Shown here one piece after another: positions 34,572-44,690 of a stretch of DNA of 64,000 nt (within the stretch, counting starts at the first letter, position 1; every line of letters starts with the position of its first letter). Position numbers and translations under genes: made by a program. The notes beneath the pieces are model-generated. The model was not told where the DNA came from. It did no database searches and was given only the letters and a program-made list of their open reading frames with translations. The stretch is from positions 1 to 64,000 of the IMG/VR virus record IMGVR_UViG_3300017605_001304; one strand, 5' to 3'. The stretch is from a virus.

Positions 34572-37386
34572 GTGTTTTCTCCTTCAACTTCAACGTCACG
34601 GAGATCTTCTCGTAAGGCTGAACATCCTCGATGTCTTCCGTCTTGAGTGCCGGTCCCTCCTTCGTCCGGTCGTCCCGGATGCCTTCACTGACGATGTCTT
34701 CGCGCTCGATGTCGAACCAGTGTTCGATGCACGGGCGCAGGCGTACGTAGTGATCGCGATTGCCCGACAACGTGACTTCGTTGCCCGCGAGTTCGCAGGC
34801 CATGGTCGCCTGCCAGTCCCGGCCCCACTCGAACTCGACCTTGAGGCTCGCGGTCAGCCACTCGAAGCCCTTGCCGCGATCGCCCAACATCGACGTCTGG
34901 AGCAGGTCGTAGACCTGGAACAGCTCGGGCGTGTTCAGGTCGCACTCGATCGAGTCGTGGATGAACGCGAACGGCCGACTCTTGAGGCTCATCTCCACGA
35001 GCTCGCGGCGGAAGTCGACCAGGGCCGCGAGTCCAATGTCGGATGCAGGGCCCTGGATCGGGTAGTTGACCGCCGCGCGCTCCGCTTCACCCAGGCGGCG
35101 CTTCTCGTCCTGGCTCCGGTCGTGATAGCGGATCGAGTGCAGCTTCCCGTCGGGGAGCGGGTAGTAGCGCCCCGTCGGGCCGATCAAGTAGCCGTGCCTG
35201 TGCACCTGCGTGTGGCAGGCGTCGATGAACGCCTTCACCTTCGGGAAGGTCCGGAAGTACGCGTCGACCAGCGCCTGCGCGTCCTCCTTCGAGATGCCGT
35301 ACTCCAACGCGATCGCGCGGGCACCGCGGCCGTAGATGATCCCGAAGCTCACCGCCTTCGCCCGGTGCCGCTCCTCCTTCGTTACCTGCTCCCGCGGCTT
35401 ACGCAGGATCACGGAGGCCGTGTACAGGTGCACGTCCCCGCCGAACTCCTTGAAGCGCGGGTCGGTACCCGAGAGCACGGCGAGCAGGTTCTCGTCGCCC
35501 GCCAAGGCCGCCAGCACACGCAGCTCATTCTGGCTGAAGTCGGCCTTGAGGAACGAGCCGAACGTGAAGCGCGAGATGCCGGCCGACCGGATCACGGAGC
35601 CACGCGGGAAGTTCTGCAGGTTCGGATCGTTGCTGGAGAGCCGTCCCGTGACGGTCTTCGTCAAGCCGAAGTTGCTGTGAATCAGCCAGGGCAACTGCGG
35701 CGGCTCGAAGCACCTCGTCGCCCATCGCGACTCCTCCCCGCGATTCTGAATCTCTTCCAGGAGCTTCTTCACGTATCGCGTGAGCCGGGTCTTCGCGTGC
35801 CGGTGCCGGATCACGTTGATCACCGTCGTGTAGACGTCGCCACGGTCGTGGCGGTACGCCCAGCGGCCGAGCTCGATCAGCCGCTTCTCCTTGCTGCTCA
35901 CCGACTCCTCGCCCGCCTCGTTCACGGTGGGGCAGCCCAACGTCCGATAGAGGAACGACGAGACGTGGCGAGCCGACACCGGGTTCAGCGTCGGGGCCAA
36001 GCCCTTCTTGTTCTTGGGCGCGACCTCTGCCATCCAGGAGGTGTGCTGCGGCAGGGCGCGAATCGTCTTCGCCGTCGCCGCCATCACATCCAGGTACAGC
36101 GGCTCCAGCTCGGCGAGGCGCTTGGGGTCGAGCAAGATCCCGTCGCTCTCCATCGCCGCGAGCGTCCGCCACGTCCCCATGTAGAAGCGCTTGAAGGTCG
36201 ACAGCCGGTCCGCCTGCTTCAGCTTCTCTTTCAGCATCGGGTAGAGGCGCAGCGTGGCGTCTGCGTCTCGACAGCCGTATTCCACGAGCTCGTCCATGGC
36301 GGTGCTCGCCATGGTCTGCCCCTTCAGCGCACCTTTCATCTGCCGCTTGTACGGCGGGAATCCAAGGTAGGCCGAGGACAGATAACCCAGGCTGGCCGGG
36401 CGCGAGCCCCCTGTGAGGCAGTGCTGCGCATACATCGTGTCGAAACGGACGTTCCTCGTTTCGATGCCCAGCTTGGAATACAGCCACTTGTGATCGAACG
36501 AGTAGTTATGTCCAACGACCGGAATGCCGGATTCCAGAAGGAACTTGATGTTGCGTTGGAACGAGGCCGCGCCGTCCACGGTGGTGAATGCCCGACCCAT
36601 CAGGTCATTATGGAACAGCGGGATCAGGGCCGCCTGCCCTGTGCCCCAGGCGATCTGGATCGAGACAATCGCCGCCTTCGGGTCGAAGGCGTGGAGTCCG
36701 GTCGTCTCCAGGTCGACGGCGATCGCGCCATGTTGCAGGCGCTTGTCACGGCAGTCCGCGATCAAGCGATCGACCAGCTCATGCAGGTCGCGCTTCTTCG
36801 TGATCAAGCGGTAGTCGACGGGCGCGTTGACCGTGCGGTGGTACTGCATGCGGGCGATCTGGAGGTCGCCCACAATCGCCGCACGGGCTTCGAGATTGCC
36901 CCGCAAGACGAAGGCGGGGTGATACGTCGGGATGACCGGAATGCCCTTGTACTGCGTGATCTGCCCGTGCAGCGTCCCCATCGCCGCACGCAGCCCGAGC
37001 AGGGACTTCGTCGCGACCGCGCCGAGACAGACGATCGCCTTGGGGCGGACGTGCTCGATCTCTTCGTCCAAATACGGTCGGCACTTCGTGAGAGCGTTAT
37101 CGGACGGACGAATCGTCTTGCCGTGGTCGTCGCTCGGCCAGCAGCGGACCGCGTTGGTCCACCGAACGTCCGCCTCGGGTATGCCCGCTTCCTTCAGCAT
37201 CTCGTCGAGGAGCTGGCCGGAGGGGCCGATGAACGGCGTCTTCGCTTCGTTCTCTTGAGGACCCGGCGCTTCGCCGACGATCAGGAGCTGGGGCCGGTCC
37301 GAGCCCCGTGGGTGTATCAGTGCATTGGCTTTGACGCAGAGCTCACACCGCTCGCAGTCGCGAGCGAGGTAGGCCGGAAGTGACAT
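34510..37386 (-). CDS. polA: Family A DNA polymerase with N-terminal family-4 uracil-DNA glycosylase and 3'-5' exonuclease domains
   Basis: CxxCxLC, GEAPG, YHPA (UDG4); DLETTG, GHN..FD, Y...D (exo); DFSQNELR, RHRAKAVSFGIIYG, HDS (pol motifs A/B/C). Confidence 0.93.
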   Translation of the reverse strand: MSLPAYLARDCERCELCVKANALIHPRGSDRPQLLIVGEAPGPQENEAKTPFIGPSGQLLDEMLKEAGIPEADVRWTNAVRCWPSDDHGKTIRPSDNALTKCRPYLDEEIEHVRPKAIVCLGAVATKSLLGLRAAMGTLHGQITQYKGIPVIPTYHPAFVLRGNLEARAAIVGDLQIARMQYHRTVNAPVDYRLITKKRDLHELVDRLIADCRDKRLQHGAIAVDLETTGLHAFDPKAAIVSIQIAWGTGQAALIPLFHNDLMGRAFTTVDGAASFQRNIKFLLESGIPVVGHNYSFDHKWLYSKLGIETRNVRFDTMYAQHCLTGGSRPASLGYLSSAYLGFPPYKRQMKGALKGQTMASTAMDELVEYGCRDADATLRLYPMLKEKLKQADRLSTFKRFYMGTWRTLAAMESDGILLDPKRLAELEPLYLDVMAATAKTIRALPQHTSWMAEVAPKNKKGLAPTLNPVSARHVSSFLYRTLGCPTVNEAGEESVSSKEKRLIELGRWAYRHDRGDVYTTVINVIRHRHAKTRLTRYVKKLLEEIQNRGEESRWATRCFEPPQLPWLIHSNFGLTKTVTGRLSSNDPNLQNFPRGSVIRSAGISRFTFGSFLKADFSQNELRVLAALAGDENLLAVLSGTDPRFKEFGGDVHLYTASVILRKPREQVTKEERHRAKAVSFGIIYGRGARAIALEYGISKEDAQALVDAYFRTFPKVKAFIDACHTQVHRHGYLIGPTGRYYPLPDGKLHSIRYHDRSQDEKRRLGEAERAAVNYPIQGPASDIGLAALVDFRRELVEMSLKSRPFAFIHDSIECDLNTPELFQVYDLLQTSMLGDRGKGFEWLTASLKVEFEWGRDWQATMACELAGNEVTLSGNRDHYVRLRPCIEHWFDIEREDIVSEGIRDDRTKEGPALKTEDIEDVQPYEKISVTLKLKEKTLGARSTGRVEVDASPAVCNQ

Positions 37387-37414
37387 GAGTGGTTCCAGAC
37401 TGGGTGAGGCACGG

Positions 37415-37798
37415 TCAGACCCACTCGCCGAGTGGACCGAGGCTCTCGCGAGCGAGCACGACGTCGAGCGTGCTCGGGTAGTAGTGCGTGCTGTCGTAGA
37501 CGCACGTGAGACAGATACAGTCGGCCTCGTGGAGATCCTCCGCCGTCGCCTGCGGCAGCCCCTCCTCACGGCGCAGGTCGCGCCGCTGCTGGTAGAGCGA
37601 CCGTACGGTGTCGAGGATACGGCGACGGCCGACGGCGACGGCCAGGGCGGGTGGAGGGGGACCGGCCTTCACGGCCCGTTTCACGATCCCGAGATACGCT
37701 TCCTGGAGCAGGTCTTCGATATCCAGCGGGTGTCCGCGAACGCGGCCCGCGGCGAACTTGCGCAGTGACGTGCAGACCTGTACCGAGAACGCATCCAT
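37415..37798 (-). CDS. Short sigma70 region-2-like protein
   Basis: IEDLLQEAYL...RRRILDTVR. Confidence 0.55.
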   Translation of the reverse strand: MDAFSVQVCTSLRKFAAGRVRGHPLDIEDLLQEAYLGIVKRAVKAGPPPPALAVAVGRRRILDTVRSLYQQRRDLRREEGLPQATAEDLHEADCICLTCVYDSTHYYPSTLDVVLARESLGPLGEWV

Positions 37799-37826
37799 CG
37801 CTCACCTCCCCTTGGTAGCTCAGCCC

Positions 37827-38324
37827 TCAGTCGTCGTCGCTGTTCGAGGGTCCGTCGTCTTCCTCTTCGTCCTCGTCCTCTTCCTCGTCGTCGTCCGCGA
37901 TCACGGGCGACTGTGCGAGGCGAGGCGGGTCGTCGTCATCGTCGTCGGGCGTGCTGGTGCCCGGCGGAGTCGCGACCACGACCGACGTCCCCATGCTGGC
38001 GCCGTGCGCCGGGGACGTTTCGTCCGGCTCGTCCTCATCGACATCGAGCGGGACGTCGTTCTTGCTGTAGTGCGTCTGGATGCACCGGTAGCCGTTGATC
38101 CGCGAGTAGAACTCGACGATCTTCCGATGTCGACTCTCGCGCTCGATACAGAGCTCGTTCTCTGTCACCGAGAGGACGGTTCCCTGGATCTTGACGTCCG
38201 CCTGACTCGTTCCGTGGGGCACCAGGGTGATCCCGGTTCCCACCAGCTCTTCGAGCTTCGTAGGCTTCTTGGCTGGTACTGCTGCCGTCGCCGCCTTCGG
38301 ACTCGCCCCCCTCGGACGTGCCAT
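37827..38324 (-). CDS. Hypothetical protein with acidic C-terminal tail
   Basis: GGAGG RBS; D/E-rich tail. Confidence 0.6.
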   Translation of the reverse strand: MARPRGASPKAATAAVPAKKPTKLEELVGTGITLVPHGTSQADVKIQGTVLSVTENELCIERESRHRKIVEFYSRINGYRCIQTHYSKNDVPLDVDEDEPDETSPAHGASMGTSVVVATPPGTSTPDDDDDDPPRLAQSPVIADDDEEEDEDEEEDDGPSNSDDD

Positions 38325-38356
38325 ACCCCCCTCCTCCACCGCGCCGGTTGGCGCAT

Positions 38357-38390
38357 GAAAAAGGGCTGGGAGGGTCATCCCCTCCCAGCC
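38357..38390 (-). terminator. Rho-independent terminator
   Basis: GGCTGGGAGGG-loop-CCCTCCCAGCC-CTTTTT. Confidence 0.7.
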
Positions 38391-38444
38391 GCGTACGACT
38401 CCAGAATTGTGCCACACGCGCGAGCGTGTGGCTAGTGATTTCTG

Positions 38445-39701
38445 TCAGGCTCCGGCGGCGACCAGCTCCTTGCTCTGCTTGCCGCTCATGAGCGAGCCCG
38501 CGAGCCACTCCAGGCCCGCGACCTTCTCGACGTCCTGCGTCTCCTGGCTGTAGCGCGCGACCGCCTGGGCGAGGCCCATCACCGTCGGGTTCTGCTCCGC
38601 GACGAAGAAGTTGAGCAGGTCGTCGACGTTCTCCTCGGTGAGGACGTCGGGGTTGCGCTGGACCAGGAGGTTCACCGCGCCGGTCGGCTTGACGATCTTG
38701 TCCTGCTGCGTGCCCTTGATCGACGCGACGAGCCCCTCGAAGTGCTCCTTCGTGAAGAAGGCCGTGACGATCTCGCGGATCTGCGCGTGGATCAGCTCGG
38801 CCTCCTTGTCGTTCGTCTGCTGCGAGAAGATCTGGTTCGCGGCCTGCCGCGCGCCGAGGTGGATCTTGGCGAAGAGCTCCTCGACCGTCGCGAGGTTGAA
38901 GCAGATGCCCTTCATGATCCCACCGTCGAGCTCGAAGCCGCCGTGGCCCGTCTCGCTGTTCCGGAAGCTGAGGCTCGGGTGGATCGTGCCGGGGCCGCCG
39001 GGGAGGTCGCCCATCGTCCGGGCCGCGACCTTGCTCAGCCACTCCTGGTTGCCGAGGCCACCGGCGTACCAGCCGCCCTTGCCGCCGTCCTGCGTGCGCT
39101 TCTCTTCGATCACGTCCCAGAGCTCCTTGGAGATCAGCTTGATGCGGACGTTCGAGTCCGAGAGCGTGCCCTCGATGGGCATGAGGTTCAGGCGCTTGGC
39201 CTCGGAGAGCAGCGTCTTCGTGCTGTCGTAGCTGTCGATCATGCGGAAGCTGTTCGAGAGGAACGCGCGCAGGTTGCCGTCGAGGGCCCGGAAGGTCCGG
39301 ACGGCCGGGCCGTCGTGCAGGAGGCCCGTCAGGAGGTCCGCGGCGCGGGCGGGCCGCATGCTGGTCAGGAGGCGCAGGAAGTCGCCAGGGACGGTCGGGG
39401 TCGACTTGGCGCCGATCTGCAGCAGGGCCTGATCCAGGATGCCGTAGCCGCCTTCCGGGACCCAGCCGCTGTCGTGGAGGTTCTGGTTCGCCGGGACGAG
39501 GCGGATGCCTCCCTTGTCGGCGACCGTGAACTTGACGTCGCGCGTGTCGGCCGTGAAGTCGACGCGGGCGGCGAGCTGGCGCTCCAGCTCCCGGACGATC
39601 TGGGTCAGGGAGCCGCGCCCCTTGAAGGCGCTCTGGCTGTACTCGGAGCGGATCGCGTTGCCGTCGCGGACGATCTCGGACTTCTTGCTGGGCTTGCTCA
39701 C
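38445..39701 (-). CDS. DUF932-like phage protein
   Basis: RAFLSNSFRMID, FRNSETGHG, ICFNLA, HLG. Confidence 0.65.
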   Translation of the reverse strand: MSKPSKKSEIVRDGNAIRSEYSQSAFKGRGSLTQIVRELERQLAARVDFTADTRDVKFTVADKGGIRLVPANQNLHDSGWVPEGGYGILDQALLQIGAKSTPTVPGDFLRLLTSMRPARAADLLTGLLHDGPAVRTFRALDGNLRAFLSNSFRMIDSYDSTKTLLSEAKRLNLMPIEGTLSDSNVRIKLISKELWDVIEEKRTQDGGKGGWYAGGLGNQEWLSKVAARTMGDLPGGPGTIHPSLSFRNSETGHGGFELDGGIMKGICFNLATVEELFAKIHLGARQAANQIFSQQTNDKEAELIHAQIREIVTAFFTKEHFEGLVASIKGTQQDKIVKPTGAVNLLVQRNPDVLTEENVDDLLNFFVAEQNPTVMGLAQAVARYSQETQDVEKVAGLEWLAGSLMSGKQSKELVAAGA

Positions 39702-39757
39702 AGGTCTCTCCTCGGGTTCGGCTCCGGACTATCCCGGGGCCGTGCTCAACGAGGAGG

Positions 39758-39785
39758 AAGCTACCAGACCTGTATTACAGGTCAA
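39758..39785 (-). promoter_or_regulatory. Promoter TTGACC-N16-TAGCTT with perfect 17-bp palindromic operator GACCTGTAATACAGGTC
   Basis: Read directly; palindrome at 39767-39783. Confidence 0.8.
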
Positions 39786-39827
39786 GAGGTATTCCTGAAA
39801 AATCTCTCTAGGCGGTATCCGCCCCAT

Positions 39828-39875
39828 GAAAAAGAACCGCCCGGGGCCGTACAGCATGGCGGTGACCCCGGGCGG
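39828..39875 (-). terminator. Rho-independent terminator
   Basis: CCGCCCGGGG...CCCCGGGCGG-TTCTTTTT. Confidence 0.65.
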
Positions 39876-39899
39876 CCTCGCAAAGGGAGAGGGCCTTCG

Positions 39900-40661
39900 T
39901 CAGGCCGTCTTGTTTTCCACGATCTTGTCCAGCTCGGCCATGGCCGACGCGTCGAAGAGGCCGTTGACGGCCGCCGCGGCGTGGTTCGCACCCGGGCCGG
40001 CGCCTTGGCGCCGCTGCTCATCCTCCGTGCCGACGAGGAGCCCGAGCTCGCTGGTTCGAGCGAGCTCCTCCAGCGCCTGCGCGTCGAGGTCCCGACTCTG
40101 CATCAGCGCGGCACGAAGGAGCCCCAGGAAGCCCGCCGCGCGCTCGACCGGGTCGATCGACGTGCGATAGTGGACCTCCAAGACCCCATCCTGCACCTCC
40201 AGGCGGAGCTCGGGCGCCACCTGCAGCGGACCGTTGAAGAGGGAACGCGGCGGGAGTCCGACCAGCTCTTCGAGCTTCAGGCACAGCTCGGCTTCGCGCG
40301 CCGCCTTGGCCTTCTTCTCCGCGAGGTGGTCCTTGCGGGTCTTGACCGCGGCGCGGACCTTCTCGCTGAACTCGCCGAGCTTCGCGACGATGCCGTCGAA
40401 GTTCGCCTTTCCGGCCCGCACCGGAAACCACTGGCTGTGGTGGCAGTAGCCGTGGTTCGTCTTGACGATCACCTGCTGCGTGTCCGCCCTGGTCGTTTCT
40501 CGGAGCTCGACGAGGACCTGGGGGGTCGGGTCCTCGCTCTCGGGATCGCGCTCGACCGGCTCGAACACGAGCGTGCCCACGAGCGACAGCGACTCGTAGC
40601 AGCCGAGGTCGGGGCGCCGCTTCCCGATCTCCTCCTTCAGGATGCGCATGTTCAGCTTCAC
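39900..40661 (-). CDS. Hypothetical protein
   Basis: GGAGGAG RBS. Confidence 0.65.
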   Translation of the reverse strand: MKLNMRILKEEIGKRRPDLGCYESLSLVGTLVFEPVERDPESEDPTPQVLVELRETTRADTQQVIVKTNHGYCHHSQWFPVRAGKANFDGIVAKLGEFSEKVRAAVKTRKDHLAEKKAKAAREAELCLKLEELVGLPPRSLFNGPLQVAPELRLEVQDGVLEVHYRTSIDPVERAAGFLGLLRAALMQSRDLDAQALEELARTSELGLLVGTEDEQRRQGAGPGANHAAAAVNGLFDASAMAELDKIVENKTA

Positions 40662-40686
40662 GGTTCTCTCCTCCTTGACGAAGTCC

Positions 40687-41112
40687 TCAGTTCCTCTTGT
40701 CCAAGTCGTGGGCGATGTACGACTTCACCCGGTTCTTCGGTCCGTAGCCGGCGGGCTGGTTGCCGTCCCCGCCCGGCGGTCCGCCGGACGAGCCGCCCTG
40801 CGCGCCACCGGCGGTGCCGGGCCCGTTCTTGTCGTCGGCGCAGTGAGCCGCGAGCTCGGTGTAGCCGCAGTTGCGGCACTGGAGCTGCAGCCAGTCCGCG
40901 CTGCCGGACTTCTCGTCCTGCACGAACGGCGGCTGCTCGAACTCGGCCGCGAGCGCCTTCTGGTAGGTGGGCTTGAACCAGTTGCCGACGAGCGAGGTCG
41001 GCGACACACCCGGCATCGGGCCCTGCGTGCACTTCGGACACTCAGGCGGGAACTCGAACTTGGGCTTCTCGGGTTCCGGCTTCTCAGGCTTCGACTTCTC
41101 GGACATGGTCAT
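40687..41112 (-). CDS. Zn-ribbon protein
   Basis: CPKC...CRNCGY. Confidence 0.6.
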   Translation of the reverse strand: MTMSEKSKPEKPEPEKPKFEFPPECPKCTQGPMPGVSPTSLVGNWFKPTYQKALAAEFEQPPFVQDEKSGSADWLQLQCRNCGYTELAAHCADDKNGPGTAGGAQGGSSGGPPGGDGNQPAGYGPKNRVKSYIAHDLDKRN

Positions 41113-41137
41113 CCCCTTTGCGAGAGAGGTTGAACGG

Positions 41138-41557
41138 TCACTCCTGCGGATCGATCTGCAGGATCAGTTGCGGGTCGGACGGCTTCTGCAGCTTCGCGAG
41201 CATCGTGGACGGCACGCGGCCGTTCTTCACGGCGTCGTTCCACTTCTCCGGCACGATCTTGCGGGCCGTGACCTCCGCCAAGAGGTCCGGCTTGAACCGC
41301 GCGAGGTAGCGCAGCGTCTTCTCGGCGTCGAGCGACGGCTTGAGGCCCTTCCAGAAGGTCATCGCGCGTCCGAGCCGACGCGCGGTCGACCCCTTCTGCG
41401 GGACGCCGTTCTTCTGCAGGAAGTCCGTGAGCCACTTCCGCCGCGCGTCGATCTCTTCCGCGTACGCGTCGATCTGCGCGCACACCTCGTCGACCAGCTC
41501 GCACGGCGTCTGCTGCTCGGCACTCTGCACGAACTTCGGTGGCTCCAACTTCGGCAT
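41138..41557 (-). CDS. Hypothetical phage protein (Gam/gp157-like architecture)
   Basis: Coiled-coil N-terminus; RBS; downstream of an operator promoter. Confidence 0.55.
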   Translation of the reverse strand: MPKLEPPKFVQSAEQQTPCELVDEVCAQIDAYAEEIDARRKWLTDFLQKNGVPQKGSTARRLGRAMTFWKGLKPSLDAEKTLRYLARFKPDLLAEVTARKIVPEKWNDAVKNGRVPSTMLAKLQKPSDPQLILQIDPQE

Positions 41558-41594
41558 CGCTCGCTCCCTGCTCAAGGTCCTCAGTACGGCGGAG

Positions 41595-41622
41595 AAGGTA
41601 TCAGACCTGGATTACAGGTCAA
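41595..41622 (-). promoter_or_regulatory. Promoter TTGACC-N16-TACCTT with operator GACCTGTAATCCAGGTC
   Basis: Near-identical to 39758-39785. Confidence 0.8.
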
Positions 41623-41631
41623 GCGGAAATC

Positions 41632-42681
41632 TTACTCCATCGGTGCGTGGGGAACCTTTACACGCGCGAGCCCCAGCGCCGCCTCGGTCAGCGCCCCTTG
41701 ATATGGAAGGGCCGCCTCCCGGAGCGCTACCCACTCCTCGGGAGGCAGGGACGCCGGGTCGTGCTCCTGCGGCAGGTTCACGAACGAGACGTCGAACCCT
41801 CGTGCGTGGAGCTGGCGGCACAGGCGAAACGCGTAGGGCTGCGCGTCTCCGTCGAGCGCCACGAAGAAGCGGAGATCGCGGCCCGCCAACCGCGGCATCG
41901 CGGCCAGCATCTCGACCTGCTCCGGCGACACGAACTTGCCGAAGCTCGCGAGCGCATCCGGCCCCGCACGAACGGCCGAGATCACGCCCTCCGTGATCGT
42001 CACGGAATCGATCTCGCGTCGACGCAGTGCACGCAGCACGTCGTGGTAGCGGTAGAGCCGGAGCTTGCGCGGACAGCCCGGCGACGAGAGGTACTTCGGT
42101 CCCGTCTCGTCCTTCGCGAAGGAACGCGCCGACCAGAAGTCGAGCTCACCGCTCGCGTTGTAGTTCGGGAAGAAGATCCGCTGCATGTAGCGGCGCGACC
42201 CGACCTGCAGCTCGTGCGACTCGATCACGTCCGGCGTGATGCCGCGCTCCTCGACCAAGTAGCGGTGGCTCTCCATGCCCTCGATGATCTTGAAGACGGG
42301 ACACGGGAACTCGGCGAGGACGTCTTCTGCTTGCGCGGGAGCACTCTCGGTTCCGAGCTCGACCAGCGCCGTCAGCATCTCATCCCACGACGTCGCGTGC
42401 GTCTCGACGCCAATGCCGAGCTTGCGCAGCAGCGTCGCGACCGTGCCCTTCGCTTCGCAGTTGTAGCAGATGAACCAGCCGGTGCGGCTGAACTTGCCCC
42501 GGCTCTCGCGCTTGAACGGATTGACCATCAGGCGGTAGCGCGTGTCATCACGTGCATGGCCACGCTGCACGCAGAAGGGGCAGCACCACGCGAGTTCTTG
42601 GTCCCCCATGCGACGCGGTTCGCCGAGCACGTCGACGACCTGTCCGAGCACCGACGGCAGCGGCATCCGGTCGGGCCGCAT
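41632..42681 (-). CDS. DNA primase (Zn finger + TOPRIM)
   Basis: CPFC...CYNC, KYLSSP, TEGVIS, LDGDA. Confidence 0.85.
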   Translation of the reverse strand: MRPDRMPLPSVLGQVVDVLGEPRRMGDQELAWCCPFCVQRGHARDDTRYRLMVNPFKRESRGKFSRTGWFICYNCEAKGTVATLLRKLGIGVETHATSWDEMLTALVELGTESAPAQAEDVLAEFPCPVFKIIEGMESHRYLVEERGITPDVIESHELQVGSRRYMQRIFFPNYNASGELDFWSARSFAKDETGPKYLSSPGCPRKLRLYRYHDVLRALRRREIDSVTITEGVISAVRAGPDALASFGKFVSPEQVEMLAAMPRLAGRDLRFFVALDGDAQPYAFRLCRQLHARGFDVSFVNLPQEHDPASLPPEEWVALREAALPYQGALTEAALGLARVKVPHAPME

Positions 42682-42682
42682 G

Positions 42683-42850
42683 TCAGCTCTCCAGCAACTT
42701 GAACTCGTGGCTGCAGTGCGTGCAGAACTGCTTGCTGGTGCCCTCGGTCACGTTGTGGATCGAGAGCGACGGGCGGTTGCATTTCGGGCAGGCGATCTGG
42801 GACTCAGCCTTGACCACCACCGGCGGCTGCGGGACTTGGGGCTGCTCCAC
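42683..42850 (-). CDS. 55-aa Zn-ribbon protein (not in ORF track)
   Basis: Hand translation ...IACPKCNRPSLSIHNVTEGTSKQFCTHCSHEFKLLES; GAGGAGG RBS. Confidence 0.65.
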   Translation of the reverse strand: MEQPQVPQPPVVVKAESQIACPKCNRPSLSIHNVTEGTSKQFCTHCSHEFKLLES

Positions 42851-44282
42851 TGCGTTCCTCCTCGGGTCCGCGTTGGCGGATGAGACACCGACTCAGGTCA
42901 ACTTGCAGCGGGATCTTGAAGCGGTCAGGACCCGAGCGCACCTTCTCGACGAAGAGCGTCATGCGTCCCTGCTCGCGTTCGATGTCCGTCTGCGACAGCG
43001 ACATCACGATGTGCGCCTTCTGGATCTTCTTCACTGAGTCCGAGACGGCGTCCATCCCCACCGAATCCTGGCGGTCGTAGCGCGAGCGCTGGATCTGACT
43101 CGCCGTCCAGACCGGGCAGGACCAGTCATGCGCGAGGGAGATCAGCTCGGCGTAGACGTCGCCGAATACCATGTAGGTCGTGTCGTTCTTCTGCGAGGTT
43201 CCGTGTTGGCGCGTCGGCGAGAGCTCGTCGGCGTAGTCCACGAACAAGACGTCGGGACCGCGGCCATCATCCAGCGCCGAGCGAGCCACGACGGCTCGGA
43301 CGGAAGAGACGGGAGCTCCGGGGTTCACGTACCAGATGTGAATCGTGCCGCCGCCAAGGCTGCGCAGGTGGCGGGCGCCGGCCTTGTAGTCGTCGGTCTC
43401 CGTCTCGACGTCCGAGATTGCTTGCCCAGTCAGGCGTGCGAGACAACGCACGAAGACGTCGTAGGCCGGCAGCTCGTTCGTGATGTAGACGACGCGCTGG
43501 CCCTGCATCGAGGACGCCGCCGCCATGTTCACCAGGAAGCTCGACTTGCCGAGCCCGGTGCGACCGAGCACCAGTCCGAGCTGGCCGCCGCCCAATCCGC
43601 CGCGGAGCGCGCTGTCGATCTTGCTGAAGGTCGTCGCCACTCTCCGTTTCGGATCCGCGATCGTGGAGCGGCAGCGGGACGGGTTGTCCGCGTTCGTGAA
43701 CACCTCGATGCCGGTCCCAACTCCGGAGCCCTTGAGCAGGGCCCGCTGGATCAGCGGGAGGATCTCGAAGTGCTTCTCCGAGTCGTCCGCGTGGTCGCGC
43801 AGGATCTCGATCGACTCCTGCAAGCCTTGGGTGAGTGCCCGCATCCGGCCGAAGTCCGCGACCTTCTCCTGGACGTACTTGCGGTCCGACGGCAGGTCGT
43901 ACTTGTAGATCTCGGCGACGTACTGTCGCACCTGATCCGCAAGGCCGGGGTCGAGTCCGTGCCGCTCGATGAAGCGGTTGCACTTCTCCGTGACGGTCGC
44001 CTGCGACGGGATCTCGTGGTGCTTCTTCGCATGCCGCAGGGCGATGCCTGCGACCAAGGCGATGTATTCGTACTCGAAGTACGACGCGTCCAGGACGTCG
44101 GTCAGCTCGAACAGGAACGTCGGGTCACGCAGCATCAGAGAGACGACGCTGCGCTGGAAACCTTGTGCAAATGGATAGTGATACTTCGCGACACCGTTCG
44201 TCGTTGCATGGCCATTCGTGTGGCCGTTACCGTTCAGGCTCGGCAAGCGGTTGACCGCAACGCCGTTACCAGAATCAGTCAT
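42804..44282 (-). CDS. Replicative DnaB-like (SF4) helicase
   Basis: GRTGLGKS, ITNE, FVDYAD, WTASQ, KVRSG. Confidence 0.9.
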   Translation of the reverse strand: MTDSGNGVAVNRLPSLNGNGHTNGHATTNGVAKYHYPFAQGFQRSVVSLMLRDPTFLFELTDVLDASYFEYEYIALVAGIALRHAKKHHEIPSQATVTEKCNRFIERHGLDPGLADQVRQYVAEIYKYDLPSDRKYVQEKVADFGRMRALTQGLQESIEILRDHADDSEKHFEILPLIQRALLKGSGVGTGIEVFTNADNPSRCRSTIADPKRRVATTFSKIDSALRGGLGGGQLGLVLGRTGLGKSSFLVNMAAASSMQGQRVVYITNELPAYDVFVRCLARLTGQAISDVETETDDYKAGARHLRSLGGGTIHIWYVNPGAPVSSVRAVVARSALDDGRGPDVLFVDYADELSPTRQHGTSQKNDTTYMVFGDVYAELISLAHDWSCPVWTASQIQRSRYDRQDSVGMDAVSDSVKKIQKAHIVMSLSQTDIEREQGRMTLFVEKVRSGPDRFKIPLQVDLSRCLIRQRGPEEERSGAAPSPAAAGGGQG

Positions 44283-44682
44283 CGTCGCCCTCCTCGGGCG
44301 GAGCGACCGGCTCCGCTCCGGACAACTTCTGCAGCGCGCTCTTCACGATCTTCTTCAGACGCACGCGGAGCGGTGGAGCTTCGGGGTAACGGCGGAAGAA
44401 ACTCGCCAACCAGCCACTGATGTTTTCCTTCAGGCCGGTGTGGTCCTTCAACTGCCGCAGAACCAACCAATGGAAGTTCCAGCGCGTCCAGCGATCGCAG
44501 GCGCGGATGAACTTGGTGAAGTTCACGCCTTCGGGGACAGGAAAGCCGACGGAGAATTCCGGGCGCATGGACCCGAAGTCGCCGGTCGGAATGGTCATCC
44601 CTACCGTGATCTGGATGTGATCCGGACGGATCACGATCTTCGACGGTTCAGCTTCGGCATCAGGTACATCGATCGTTTCCAC
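44275..44682 (-). CDS. Hypothetical protein
   Basis: GAGGA RBS; in operon. Confidence 0.55.
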   Translation of the reverse strand: METIDVPDAEAEPSKIVIRPDHIQITVGMTIPTGDFGSMRPEFSVGFPVPEGVNFTKFIRACDRWTRWNFHWLVLRQLKDHTGLKENISGWLASFFRRYPEAPPLRVRLKKIVKSALQKLSGAEPVAPPEEGDDD

Positions 44683-44690
44683 AATTCCTC

